From Bacteroidota bacterium (lineage in GTDB: Bacteria; Bacteroidota; Bacteroidia; Bacteroidales; VadinHA17): a stretch of 64,000 bases of DNA. The notes beneath the pieces were generated by a model, which worked only from the letters and a program-made list of their open reading frames with translations, did not search any database and was not told the origin of the DNA. The DNA lies in NCBI GenBank assembly GCA_043800695.1, contig JAZDMU010000019.1, forward strand, positions 84,364 to 148,363. Reading direction: 5' to 3'. Positions 26,925 through 40,820 of this stretch are shown piece after piece (position 1 is the first letter of the stretch; every line of letters begins with the position of its first letter). A program made the position numbers and the translations under genes.

Positions 26925-29570
26925 ATGAAAAAATCCGGTTTTATTATGCTGATCCTCGCATATACATTCTGCGGTTTGTATGCACAGGAGAATACAGCGG
27001 ATTTACCGTTCCGGGATACTTCGTTACCGACCGATGCCAGGGTTGATGATCTTGTATCAAGGATGACCCTAAAAGAGAAAGCTGATCAGCTTCTCTATAC
27101 CGCTCCGGCTGTTCCGCGGCTGGGAATTCCGGCTTATAACTGGTGGAACGAAGCCCTTCACGGAGTTGCAAGAGCAGGTTATGCGACTGTATTCCCCCAA
27201 TCAATATCAATTGCCAATTCATGGGATGAAGGACTGATGTATGAAGTGGCAAATGCGATATCAGATGAGGCCAGGGCCAAATATCATGAATTTCAGCGAA
27301 GGGGGAAAACGGGGATCTACCAGGGACTTACATTCTGGTCGCCAAATATTAATATATTCCGCGATCCGCGATGGGGCAGGGGACATGAGACCTATGGTGA
27401 GGATCCGTTCCTGACAGGCGCCATGGGAGCTCAGTTTGTAAAAGGTCTGCAGGGGGATGATCCCCGATACCTTAAGGTTGTGGCAACTGCAAAACATTAT
27501 GCCGTTCATTCCGGTCCTGAACCCTTGAGACATCAATTCAACGCAAAAGTATGTGAAGTTGACCTCAGGGAAACCTACCTGCCGGCTTTCAGAAAACTTA
27601 TCGTCGATGCAGGGGCATATTCAGTGATGGGTGCTTATAACATGTTCAGGGACTTCCCGTGCTGCGCAAATCCTGAATTATACAGTATCCTGCGTGATGA
27701 ATGGAATTTTAAGGGATATATAGTTTCTGATTGCTGGGCCATATCCGATTTCTGGAGATTCCAGAAATTCTCAAAAGACGCTGCAGAGGCAGCTGCCGCC
27801 GCGATAAAGGCAGGGACAGACCTTGAGTGCGGAGTCGATTACAGTCATCTGTTGACTGCTTTTGAAAGAGGCCTGTTGACAGAAGAAGATATAGATATAG
27901 CTGTGAAAAGGATCTTTACAGCCCGTTTCAAGCTGGGAATGTTTGATCCTGATGAGATCGTCCCATACGCACAGATACCTTTCTTTGTCAACTGCTCAGA
28001 TTATAACAATTCACTGGCAAGGCTGGCGGCACAAAAGTCAATTGTGCTCCTGAAAAATGAAGGTAATATACTCCCCCTGAAAAAAGAAATTAAAACCATA
28101 GCTGTCATCGGTCCCAATGCAGACAATTTTGAATCGCTGATAGGCAATTATAATGGTATCCCGAAAGATCCTTTTACGGTTTTGCGTGGGATCACCGGAA
28201 AGGTAACACCTGGGACAAGGATCATTTATGCAGAGGGCAGTGATCTCGCAGAGGGTATTCATAATCTTACTGTTATACCATCACGTTATCTGCAGGCACG
28301 CGATGGAAGGCAGGGTGCCCTGGGAGAGTATTTCAGCAACAGGGATATGAAGGGAGAACCCTTGTTCACCAGGATCGATGACCAGGTAAACTTTTACTGG
28401 GAACATCTCTCTCCCCGCCAGGAAATGCCTGATGATGATTTCGGGGTTAAATGGACAACATATTTGCTTGCACCGGAAACAGGAACCTATGCCATAGGAA
28501 GCTGGGGATCATCATACTATGAAGTATGGTTTGAAGGGAAGAAGGTTATTTCAGAACGAAATGAGCACCATGCATTTTATAAAGAGTACCAGGTGAATCT
28601 GGAAGCAGGTAAGAAATATAAGGTGGAGGTCATTTATAAGAATTATTCCGGAGATGCTGATATGAAGCTTCTCTGGTCCCGCCCCGGGAAGGATATGAAA
28701 GCGCTGGCTGTCAGTGCTGCCAGGGAGGCTGATGCCGTTGTGCTTGTACTGGGTCTGTCCCAGCGACTTGAAGGAGAAGAAATGCCGATAAAGATTGACG
28801 GATTTCTCGGGGGCGACCGTACAAACCTGAACCTTCCTGCTGTTCAGGAAGACTTGCTGAATGCTGTATCAGTGACAGGCAAACCTGTGATTGTCGTTCT
28901 GACAAGTGGTGGCGCTCTTTCTGTGAACAGTGCTCAGGAAAAGGCTGCTGCAATACTTCTTGCCGGCTATGGAGGGCAACAGGGTGGAAATGCCGTGGCC
29001 GATGTCCTTTTTGGAGATTTTAATCCTGCTGGAAGACTTCCGGTAACTTATTATAAATCTCTTGACCAGATACCGGCGTTTGAGGACTATGATATGAATG
29101 GCAAAACATACAGGTTCTTCAGCCAGGAGCCTTTGTATCCGTTCGGATACGGGCTGAGCTATACTACTTTCAGTTACAGCGACCTTGTCATTCCTGAAAA
29201 AGCTATCGCAGGTACTTCTGTAAAAGTATCTGTTACAGTAACCAATTCAGGAAGTATAGCCGGCGATGAAGTAGTTCAGCTTTACCTCACCGACGAGAAG
29301 GCATCAACACCCAGACCAATACGACAACTGGAAGGCTTTGAAAGGGTCAGCCTTGATCCGGGAGAAAGCGCAGTAGTGGAATTCACTCTCGAACCGAGGC
29401 AGTTCTCGATAATCAACAACAAAGACAAAAGAGTTATCGAACCGGGGTACTTCACAGTTTCAGCAGGTGGAAAACAACCCGGATTCAGAGGATATCTTGA
29501 TCCGCAGTTCACAGGAGTGCTCACGGGGATGATCAGGTTGACCGGAAAAGAAGTACCTTTCGATAATTAA
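26925..29570 (+). CDS. GH3 beta-glucosidase/beta-xylosidase with an inserted PA14 domain
   Basis: Signal peptide starts at MKKSGFIMLILAY, so the track start at 26880 is probably too early. Has GYIVSDCWA (nucleophile Asp). The PA14 segment reads GALGEYFSNRDMKGEP...FGVKWTTYLLAPETGTYAI...KKYKVEVIYKNYSGDADMKLLW. A C-terminal Fn3-like domain is present. Confidence 0.9.
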   Translation: MKKSGFIMLILAYTFCGLYAQENTADLPFRDTSLPTDARVDDLVSRMTLKEKADQLLYTAPAVPRLGIPAYNWWNEALHGVARAGYATVFPQSISIANSWDEGLMYEVANAISDEARAKYHEFQRRGKTGIYQGLTFWSPNINIFRDPRWGRGHETYGEDPFLTGAMGAQFVKGLQGDDPRYLKVVATAKHYAVHSGPEPLRHQFNAKVCEVDLRETYLPAFRKLIVDAGAYSVMGAYNMFRDFPCCANPELYSILRDEWNFKGYIVSDCWAISDFWRFQKFSKDAAEAAAAAIKAGTDLECGVDYSHLLTAFERGLLTEEDIDIAVKRIFTARFKLGMFDPDEIVPYAQIPFFVNCSDYNNSLARLAAQKSIVLLKNEGNILPLKKEIKTIAVIGPNADNFESLIGNYNGIPKDPFTVLRGITGKVTPGTRIIYAEGSDLAEGIHNLTVIPSRYLQARDGRQGALGEYFSNRDMKGEPLFTRIDDQVNFYWEHLSPRQEMPDDDFGVKWTTYLLAPETGTYAIGSWGSSYYEVWFEGKKVISERNEHHAFYKEYQVNLEAGKKYKVEVIYKNYSGDADMKLLWSRPGKDMKALAVSAAREADAVVLVLGLSQRLEGEEMPIKIDGFLGGDRTNLNLPAVQEDLLNAVSVTGKPVIVVLTSGGALSVNSAQEKAAAILLAGYGGQQGGNAVADVLFGDFNPAGRLPVTYYKSLDQIPAFEDYDMNGKTYRFFSQEPLYPFGYGLSYTTFSYSDLVIPEKAIAGTSVKVSVTVTNSGSIAGDEVVQLYLTDEKASTPRPIRQLEGFERVSLDPGESAVVEFTLEPRQFSIINNKDKRVIEPGYFTVSAGGKQPGFRGYLDPQFTGVLTGMIRLTGKEVPFDN

Positions 29571-29585
29571 TTTAATCCCTGAAGA

Positions 29586-31061
29586 ATGCACTCAGAGAAC
29601 CACCTCCTTCAGAAACGGGTAAATCTATTTGACGGAGTTTCAATAGTCGCAGGAGCCATGATCGGCTCCGGTATTTTTATTGTAAGCGCCGACATCGCCA
29701 GAAGCGTCGGTTCGCCAGGCTGGCTGATGGTTGCGTGGCTTATTACCGGCCTGATAACTGTGATAGGGGCAATAAGCTATGGCGAGCTCGCTTCAATGAT
29801 GCCGCATGTGGGAGGGCAATACGTTTACCTGAAAGAAGCTTACCATCCGCTTATCGGATTTCTGTTCGGCTGGACCACCTTCCTCGTGATCCAGTGCGGA
29901 TCAATAGCAGCTGTGGCTGTTGCATTTGCCAAGTTCAGCGGAGTGCTGATACCATGGATTTCGGAACAGAACATCCTCATGTCTGTCGGACCACTGAAGA
30001 TCAACAGCACAATGGTAATTGCAATAGCAATGATTATTTTCCTTACATGGCTAAATACCCGGGGTATAGTTACCGGAAAGACTGTTCAAAACATCTTTTC
30101 GTCCACAAAAATATTATCCCTCCTTGCCGTGATCGCAATCGGCTTCTTTGCCACGAAGGCAATCGGATCATGGGAGATCAACAAGGAGGTGTTCTGGCAG
30201 GCCAGCCAGATCGGCCCTGACAATAAACCTTTCCCCATAGCCGGCTTTGCAGTGGTGGCCGCAATAGGAACAGCTTTGGTAGGCTCTCTGTTCTCATCCG
30301 ACGCGTGGTACAATATTACATATTTATCAGGGGAGGTAATAAATCCCAAACGGAATGTTCCTCTGAGCCTTCTCTTCGGAACAGCAATTGTATCGGTTAT
30401 ATATCTTTTTGTGAATTTTGTCTACATAAGAATCCTGCCGCTTCACGGCTCCCCTGACGGCGCTGATGTGCTGAGCCGCGGAATACAATTTGCCACCGAT
30501 GACCGCGTTGCCACTTCAGCAATGAGCGTGGTATTTGGCGATTATGCTGCAGTGATAATGGCAATATTCATTATCATCAGCACATTTGGATGCAACCACA
30601 GCCTTGTCATGGCAGCCCCGCGGGTTTATTATGCCATGGCGAAAGACGGCCTGTTCTTTAAGAAAGTGGGTGAACTGAACAGGTTCGGTGTGCCGGGATT
30701 TGCAATAGTCATCCAGGGTGTTTGGGCTGTAATGCTATGTCTTTCAGGAACATACAGCGATCTTCTCGATTATGTGATCTTTGCGGTACTGCTGTTCTTC
30801 ACGATCACCATTATTGCTATTTTCGTCCTCCGGAAGAAACGACCTGATATCCCCAGACCTTATAAAGCATTCGGTTACCCGGTGATCCCCATGATCTACA
30901 TTATCACGACAATCACCATAATGATCATACTGCTGATATATAAACCGAATTACACATTCCCGGGACTCATTATTGTTATCATCGGCATACCAGTTTACTA
31001 CCTCTGGAGGAAGCACTCGGGTAATAAGGTGCAGTCAACTGATAATTTTTCGGAAGAATAA
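29586..31061 (+). CDS. APC-superfamily amino acid permease
   Basis: 491 aa with 12 TM segments and the N-terminal block LFDGVSIVAGAMIGSGIF. Confidence 0.85.
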   Translation: MHSENHLLQKRVNLFDGVSIVAGAMIGSGIFIVSADIARSVGSPGWLMVAWLITGLITVIGAISYGELASMMPHVGGQYVYLKEAYHPLIGFLFGWTTFLVIQCGSIAAVAVAFAKFSGVLIPWISEQNILMSVGPLKINSTMVIAIAMIIFLTWLNTRGIVTGKTVQNIFSSTKILSLLAVIAIGFFATKAIGSWEINKEVFWQASQIGPDNKPFPIAGFAVVAAIGTALVGSLFSSDAWYNITYLSGEVINPKRNVPLSLLFGTAIVSVIYLFVNFVYIRILPLHGSPDGADVLSRGIQFATDDRVATSAMSVVFGDYAAVIMAIFIIISTFGCNHSLVMAAPRVYYAMAKDGLFFKKVGELNRFGVPGFAIVIQGVWAVMLCLSGTYSDLLDYVIFAVLLFFTITIIAIFVLRKKRPDIPRPYKAFGYPVIPMIYIITTITIMIILLIYKPNYTFPGLIIVIIGIPVYYLWRKHSGNKVQSTDNFSEE

Positions 31062-31083
31062 AACAGGCAGGTCTCTGATAGTT

Positions 31084-32460
31084 ATGTACCCTGAGAAGTT
31101 CATAGAAAGAATTATCCATCAGGAATATATTGATTCCGAATCATTGCTGAAGGCTCTGGGTGAACCTTCGCCGGTAAGCATCAGGACCAACCATTTCAAG
31201 TGGAACAGGATTCCCGAAGGTAATGATCCGGTTCCCTGGTGCAATGCAGGATTCTATCTTAAAGCACGCCCCTCTTTTACATTAGATCCCCTCTTTCATG
31301 CAGGCTGCTACTACCCGCAGGAGGCTTCCGGGATGTTCCTGGAGCAGGTCTTCAGACAGGTATCAGACGGGCAAAAAGATTTAAGGATACTCGATCTTTG
31401 CGGTGCACCCGGAGGCAAAAGCACACATCTTTCGGCACTTATCGGGAACGATGCTTTCCTGGTTGCAAATGAGGTGATCAGGTCAAGAGCCTCAGTGCTG
31501 GCTGAGAACCTTACGAAATGGGGATTGTCAAATGCCATTGTCACGCAGAGCGATCCTTCGGCATTCAGCCGGCTTCCGGGATTCTTTGATATTATGCTTA
31601 TTGATGCACCATGCTCGGGGGAAGGAATGTTCAGGGACCAGGTGGCTGTTGATGAATGGTCCGTTGATAACACACTGCTTTGCTGCGAGCGCCAGAAAAG
31701 GATTCTGTACGATTCATGGCCGGCCCTGAAGGAGGATGGTATTCTGATATACAGCACCTGCACATTCAATCCTGATGAGAACGAGAATAATATAAAATGG
31801 CTCATTTCAAAGGGCGAAGCAAAGTCGGTAAAGCTTGATATTTCAGGTTATGAGGGAATTACGGAAATTGATCATCAGGGGATATATGGTTATGGATTTT
31901 ATCCCGGAAAAATAAGAGGAGAGGGTCTTTTCATGTCTGTTATAAGAAAGAAGGTGAAAAGCGGAAAACAGGAATTACGGAAACCGAAAAGCAGATTTAA
32001 CAGTCCTGGCAAAGATGAGATGAAAGCAGCACTGGGGTTGTCATCCTTCAACGCAGACAGGCTTTTAATGATTAATAATGAGATAGTGGCTCTTCCATGC
32101 GACACAAATGATTATTCGGTTATTTCCGACGTACTGAGAATCGTTAAGACTGGTACCGCTGTTTGCACTCTGAAAAGGAATATCATCCCTTCTCAAGAGC
32201 TTGCATTATCTGTCTTCCTGAGAGATAGTGTATTTTTTACACTTAATCTGGAATACGCTGATGCAATAAAATATCTGAGACGTGACACTATCAAAGCAGC
32301 TGGTACACGCAGGGGATGGCAAATCGCATCGTATGAAGGAGTGAACCTCGGGTTTGTAAACAATCTGGGCAACAGGCTGAATAACTATTATCCTGTTGAC
32401 TGGAGGATAAGAATGTCAGTTATGGATAGAACCACGAAACAAATTAAATGGGAACAATAA
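31084..32460 (+). CDS. rRNA cytosine-C5 methyltransferase, NOL1/NOP2/Sun (RsmF/RsmB-like)
   Basis: Has DLCGAPGGKSTHL, DAPCSGEGMFR and YSTCTFNPDENE. The track start at 30973 overlaps the permease, so ATG 31084 (MYPEKFIERI) is the more plausible start. Confidence 0.85.
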   Translation: MYPEKFIERIIHQEYIDSESLLKALGEPSPVSIRTNHFKWNRIPEGNDPVPWCNAGFYLKARPSFTLDPLFHAGCYYPQEASGMFLEQVFRQVSDGQKDLRILDLCGAPGGKSTHLSALIGNDAFLVANEVIRSRASVLAENLTKWGLSNAIVTQSDPSAFSRLPGFFDIMLIDAPCSGEGMFRDQVAVDEWSVDNTLLCCERQKRILYDSWPALKEDGILIYSTCTFNPDENENNIKWLISKGEAKSVKLDISGYEGITEIDHQGIYGYGFYPGKIRGEGLFMSVIRKKVKSGKQELRKPKSRFNSPGKDEMKAALGLSSFNADRLLMINNEIVALPCDTNDYSVISDVLRIVKTGTAVCTLKRNIIPSQELALSVFLRDSVFFTLNLEYADAIKYLRRDTIKAAGTRRGWQIASYEGVNLGFVNNLGNRLNNYYPVDWRIRMSVMDRTTKQIKWEQ

Positions 32461-32480
32461 TACTGACTGAATATCCTGGT

Positions 32481-32556
32481 GTGACTTGGAGTCCTAGAGT
32501 CTTGGTGGCAAAAAAAACAGCCACTAAGGCACTAAGACACCACGGTTCACCAAGGA
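32481..32556. repeat. family K hairpin element, copy K2
   Basis: The arms are 32490-32509 (AGTCCTAGAGTCTTGGTGGC) and 32520-32539 (GCCACTAAGGCACTAAGACA), with 15 Watson-Crick and 2 G-T pairs out of 20. The loop is AAAAAAAACA. The right arm shares 17 of 20 aligned positions with the K1 right arm. The trailing sequence is CACCACGGTTCACCAAGG. Confidence 0.8.
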
Positions 32557-32577
32557 AAGAACCATGATTCTTTGTTA

Positions 32578-33723
32578 ATGGACAGGGAGTTTCAGATATT
32601 TATCAAGCCTGTGGGTGCAGCCTGCAACCTTCGTTGCAGCTATTGTTATTATCTTGATAGGAGCTCCCTTTACCCGGAAACCGGACGGCACCTCATGAGT
32701 GATGATGTGCTTGAGCGATACATAATTCAGCATATTGAAGCTTCAACAGATAAGGTTATAATGTTCTCATGGCATGGTGGCGAACCGACACTGGCGGGAT
32801 TAGATTTTTACAGGAAGGCGGTTGCGCTCCAGAAAAAGCATCTTCCTTCCAGTTACAAAATAATAAACGGCATTCAAACCAACGGGACCCTCCTGGATGA
32901 TGACTGGTGCAGATTCCTGTCAGACCAAAATTTCCTTGTTGGCATTAGCATTGATGGCCCTCAGGAATTTCATGATAAATACCGTACAGTACCTGACGGA
33001 AAATCTGTTTTCGGGAAGGTGATGAAAGGTTATGAGCTCCTTAAGAAATACAACATAACATCAGAGATTCTATGTGTGCTAAATTCATATAATTCTCTTT
33101 ATCCTGATAAAATTTATGTATTCTTCAAGGGGCTCGTAGCAGAATACCTGACGTTCCTTCCGCTTGTTGAACGCATTCCGGGCTCAGAGCCGCATGTAAG
33201 TTCTGCATCAGTCAATCCTCCTGAATACGGGAAATTCCTATCCGTGGTCTTTGATGAATGGGTGGCAAAAGACATAGGTAAAGTAAGAATCCAACTCTTT
33301 GAGGAGAGTGCCCGTACTGCATTGCGTAAGCAGCATGCCCTCTGCGTATTAAAGGTGACATGCGGCGGAGTACCGGTAATTGAGCAAAACGGCGATTTTT
33401 ACTCATGTGACCATTTTGTGGACAGCGGGAATCTCGTCGGAAATATCAACATCACGCCCCTGGCTGATCTCCTTGATTCACCGGTGCAGAAGTCCTTCGG
33501 AGAAGCGAAACGGGCAACTCTTCCCCGTTATTGCAGGGAATGCGAAGTGCTTGAAATGTGCAACGGCGAATGCCCGAAGAACAGGTTTATCCTGACGCCT
33601 GATGGAGAATCTGGACTCAACTACTTATGCCCTGGTTACAAGCTTTTCTTTAACCACTGCAGACCGTTTATCGAAGCTCTGCGATTAGCGCAGCACAACC
33701 AGCAACCAGCAACAAGCAACTAG
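32578..33723 (+). CDS. anaerobic sulfatase-maturating enzyme-like radical SAM/SPASM protein
   Basis: CNLRCSYCYY (CX3CX2C), plus C-terminal SPASM cysteines CDHF...CRECEVLEMCNGECPKNR. The track start at 32572 is TTG and there is an ATG at 32578. Confidence 0.85.
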   Translation: MDREFQIFIKPVGAACNLRCSYCYYLDRSSLYPETGRHLMSDDVLERYIIQHIEASTDKVIMFSWHGGEPTLAGLDFYRKAVALQKKHLPSSYKIINGIQTNGTLLDDDWCRFLSDQNFLVGISIDGPQEFHDKYRTVPDGKSVFGKVMKGYELLKKYNITSEILCVLNSYNSLYPDKIYVFFKGLVAEYLTFLPLVERIPGSEPHVSSASVNPPEYGKFLSVVFDEWVAKDIGKVRIQLFEESARTALRKQHALCVLKVTCGGVPVIEQNGDFYSCDHFVDSGNLVGNINITPLADLLDSPVQKSFGEAKRATLPRYCRECEVLEMCNGECPKNRFILTPDGESGLNYLCPGYKLFFNHCRPFIEALRLAQHNQQPATSN

Positions 33724-33735
33724 CAACCAGCAACC
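33691..33735. repeat. tandem 7-bp array (AACCAGC and variants, 5 full units plus partial flanks) spanning the anSME 3' end
   Basis: Reads cagcac AACCAGC AACCAGC AACAAGC AACTAGC AACCAGC AACC. The anSME stop TAG (33721-33723) lies inside unit 4. The array ends where the convergent DLH gene stop codon begins (33735). Confidence 0.9.
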
Positions 33736-34592
33736 TATTTCAGCTTTTCCTTAAAGAACCCCACAGTTCTCTCCCATGCCAGCTTTGCCGCTTCGGCATT
33801 ATACCGCTGTGTATTTGTATCATTGTTGAAGCCATGTCCGGTACCGGGGTATTTGAATATCTGATACTCCTTACCATTCTCCTTCAGCGCCTTCTCAAAG
33901 GCTTCTATACCTGCATTGATGCCTTCGTCATTTTCGGCATAGTGGGCCATTACAGGTGCTTTTATCTTTGCAACATCTTCGGTTGACGGCTGTCTGCCGT
34001 AATATGGTGCTGCAGCGTCAAGCTCAGGAGAATTTACAGCAACCTGGTTGGTCATTGCCCCGCCCCAGCAGAACCCTGTGCATCCGACTTTCCCGTTGGA
34101 ATCCGGATGAGTTTCAAGGAATTTTACTGCAGCAACAAAGTTTTTGGTTGTCTCCTCGCTCACCAGCTTCTTGAAAAGCTCTCCGACATTGCTTATGTCT
34201 TCAGGCGTTCCACCAACAGGCGACAGTGCATCCGGAGCAAGGGCTAGAAACCCCTCTTTTGCCATTCTTCTTGTTACATCCTGAATATGAGGAACCAGGC
34301 CTCTGTTTTCATGTATCACGATCACTGCCGGGAATTTTTTCCCTTTTATCGGTTTGGCCATATATGCCCTCATTTCTCCTGTTGCCGCAGGATATTTGAT
34401 GAATTCCGTCAACAGCTCAACTTCATTCTGAGGTTTGCCGGAAGCCTGCAGCCCGTTTTCCTCAAGCACAGGTAGCAGGGCCATGGCGGCAGCACTGCTT
34501 CCGGTTACCATAGCCAGTTTCTTCAGGAAAGATCTGCGGTTAAGTTCTCCTTTCTTATATCCGCGATAAAGATCAGCAATGTTTGTATCCAT
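33735..34592 (-). CDS. dienelactone hydrolase family protein with a Tat-type signal
   Basis: Has RRSFLKKLAMVTGSSAAAMA and GCTGFCWGG (nucleophile elbow with Cys). Confidence 0.85.
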   Translation of the reverse strand: MDTNIADLYRGYKKGELNRRSFLKKLAMVTGSSAAAMALLPVLEENGLQASGKPQNEVELLTEFIKYPAATGEMRAYMAKPIKGKKFPAVIVIHENRGLVPHIQDVTRRMAKEGFLALAPDALSPVGGTPEDISNVGELFKKLVSEETTKNFVAAVKFLETHPDSNGKVGCTGFCWGGAMTNQVAVNSPELDAAAPYYGRQPSTEDVAKIKAPVMAHYAENDEGINAGIEAFEKALKENGKEYQIFKYPGTGHGFNNDTNTQRYNAEAAKLAWERTVGFFKEKLK

Positions 34593-34669
34593 GTTTCTCA
34601 GTTTTAATTCTTTCTCAATTTATAAAAAAAATCACAAAACCCTCCATATTCAGAACCTAAGTATTAGTT

Positions 34670-34677
34670 TAGCTTTG
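34670..34677 (+). promoter_or_regulatory. candidate -7 box (TAGCTTTG) upstream of fhs
   Basis: Matches TAnnTTTG and lies 22 nt before ATG 34700. Confidence 0.35.
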
Positions 34678-34699
34678 TTAAAAATTCATAAAAGCTGTC

Positions 34700-39645
<4,946 letters not shown>

Positions 39646-39676
39646 AAAAGGTTGAAGAGAGTTTGCATTCAGAGAT

Positions 39677-39710
39677 CCCCTCTCGGGAGGGGCCTGGGGT
39701 GGGTTTTCAG
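39677..39710. repeat. single family-G unit between convergent genes (possible bidirectional terminator)
   Basis: Reads CCCCTC(tcgg)GAGGGG followed by CCTGGGGTGGGTTTTC. It lies between the GH2 stop codon (39645) and the PHP gene stop codon (39725). Confidence 0.6.
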
Positions 39711-39724
39711 ATAGTACCCCTTCG

Positions 39725-40792
39725 CTAAAACTTTATTTCTGCCTTCAACACCTTATCTTCACCTGTCATGATATTCCTTACATCATAGACAAGCGGTGAG
39801 ACTGCCTTTTTACTGAGAGTGACCCTTGTTACGGAATTGGCAGGAAGTGAAATGAATGACGGAGCAGGTGCCTTACCGTTTTCAAGATAAAACGGTATAT
39901 CAGAATTGTTTGTTATTTCAAAGTATATGTTCCTGTCAGTCTCATAGAAGACCTTCCCAACAGAAATACACTGGTAGAAAAATGGCTTTGCATATTCTTC
40001 CTTTCCGGCAAGCATATCCCTGAAATAGACCAGTGTGCGCCCGGCAAACATGGCCTCTTTCAGCGAGTCATGGGTTCTCTCCTTCGCGAATACAAGAGTC
40101 ATCGGCCGGTTGGTATAGTCAGGTTCTCTATAATCTTCGCTGATAATCCCGTGGGTATCGCTGTTTCCTATGACTGCCAGGTTATATTTCTCGCAAAATG
40201 TCATTACCAGCGGATAATACTCGTTGTCATTGAAGAACTCTATCCCATGCAGCCACTTCCTTTCAATAAACTTGTGATGGATATCATATAACTTTGGTAT
40301 GCCGTCGGGCTCCTGGGCTTTCCATCCGGGATGGTTCCACAGGATGAATGCGCCCTGTTTTATTGCCTCTTCAAATACATCCATAACCGAGTCTTTGGCA
40401 AGAAGAGAAGCATCTTCAATGAAGAGCGCATTGAAGTGCCCGGGAGGCATGTCGCGGGTTATTTCTGCTCCATGCACAAGTATAAGGTTTCCCTCTTTCG
40501 CTGCATTCCGGGTTAACTTCCATGCGGCATTGTGATCGACAGGGATGTAATCTTTGTGCGGGGTATATTCAATGTGATCAGTAATGGCGATTGCATCAAG
40601 CCCTGTAAGATACGCTTCAGCAATCCTGTAAGTGGGCCATACATTACCGTCGGAGAAGACGGTGTGAGTGTGAAAGTCACACTTCATGGTCACATAGCCC
40701 GGCAAATCCGGCAGGTGAACAATTTTCCTCTGTCCGCTTGTATAAAATACAGCACAAACAACAAGTAAAACGGTGATTATCAGTTTCTTCAT
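39725..40792 (-). CDS. exported PHP-domain metal-dependent phosphoesterase
   Basis: Has a signal peptide and a PHP motif (CDFHTHTVFSDG, ITDHIEY, GNSDTHG). Confidence 0.75.
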   Translation of the reverse strand: MKKLIITVLLVVCAVFYTSGQRKIVHLPDLPGYVTMKCDFHTHTVFSDGNVWPTYRIAEAYLTGLDAIAITDHIEYTPHKDYIPVDHNAAWKLTRNAAKEGNLILVHGAEITRDMPPGHFNALFIEDASLLAKDSVMDVFEEAIKQGAFILWNHPGWKAQEPDGIPKLYDIHHKFIERKWLHGIEFFNDNEYYPLVMTFCEKYNLAVIGNSDTHGIISEDYREPDYTNRPMTLVFAKERTHDSLKEAMFAGRTLVYFRDMLAGKEEYAKPFFYQCISVGKVFYETDRNIYFEITNNSDIPFYLENGKAPAPSFISLPANSVTRVTLSKKAVSPLVYDVRNIMTGEDKVLKAEIKF

Positions 40793-40820
40793 TGTTAAAT
40801 TAATTTTAGTTTAAGTATTT

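Noticed and set aside
8067-29570. Calling the region a canonical polysaccharide utilisation locus (PUL).
   Set aside because: No SusC-like TonB-dependent transporter or SusD-like gene is present in the window. It is described as an ara operon plus an exo-glycosidase cluster instead.
30973-31083. N-terminal extensions proposed by the ORF track: rsmF-like from 30973, pcm from 42856, tgt from 58746, GH3 from 26880 and the Mqn-like gene from 56002.
   Set aside because: The extensions overlap upstream genes or terminators, start at TTG, or encode non-homologous low-complexity peptides. Downstream ATGs align with the family N-termini, and several are preceded by TAnnTTTG boxes.
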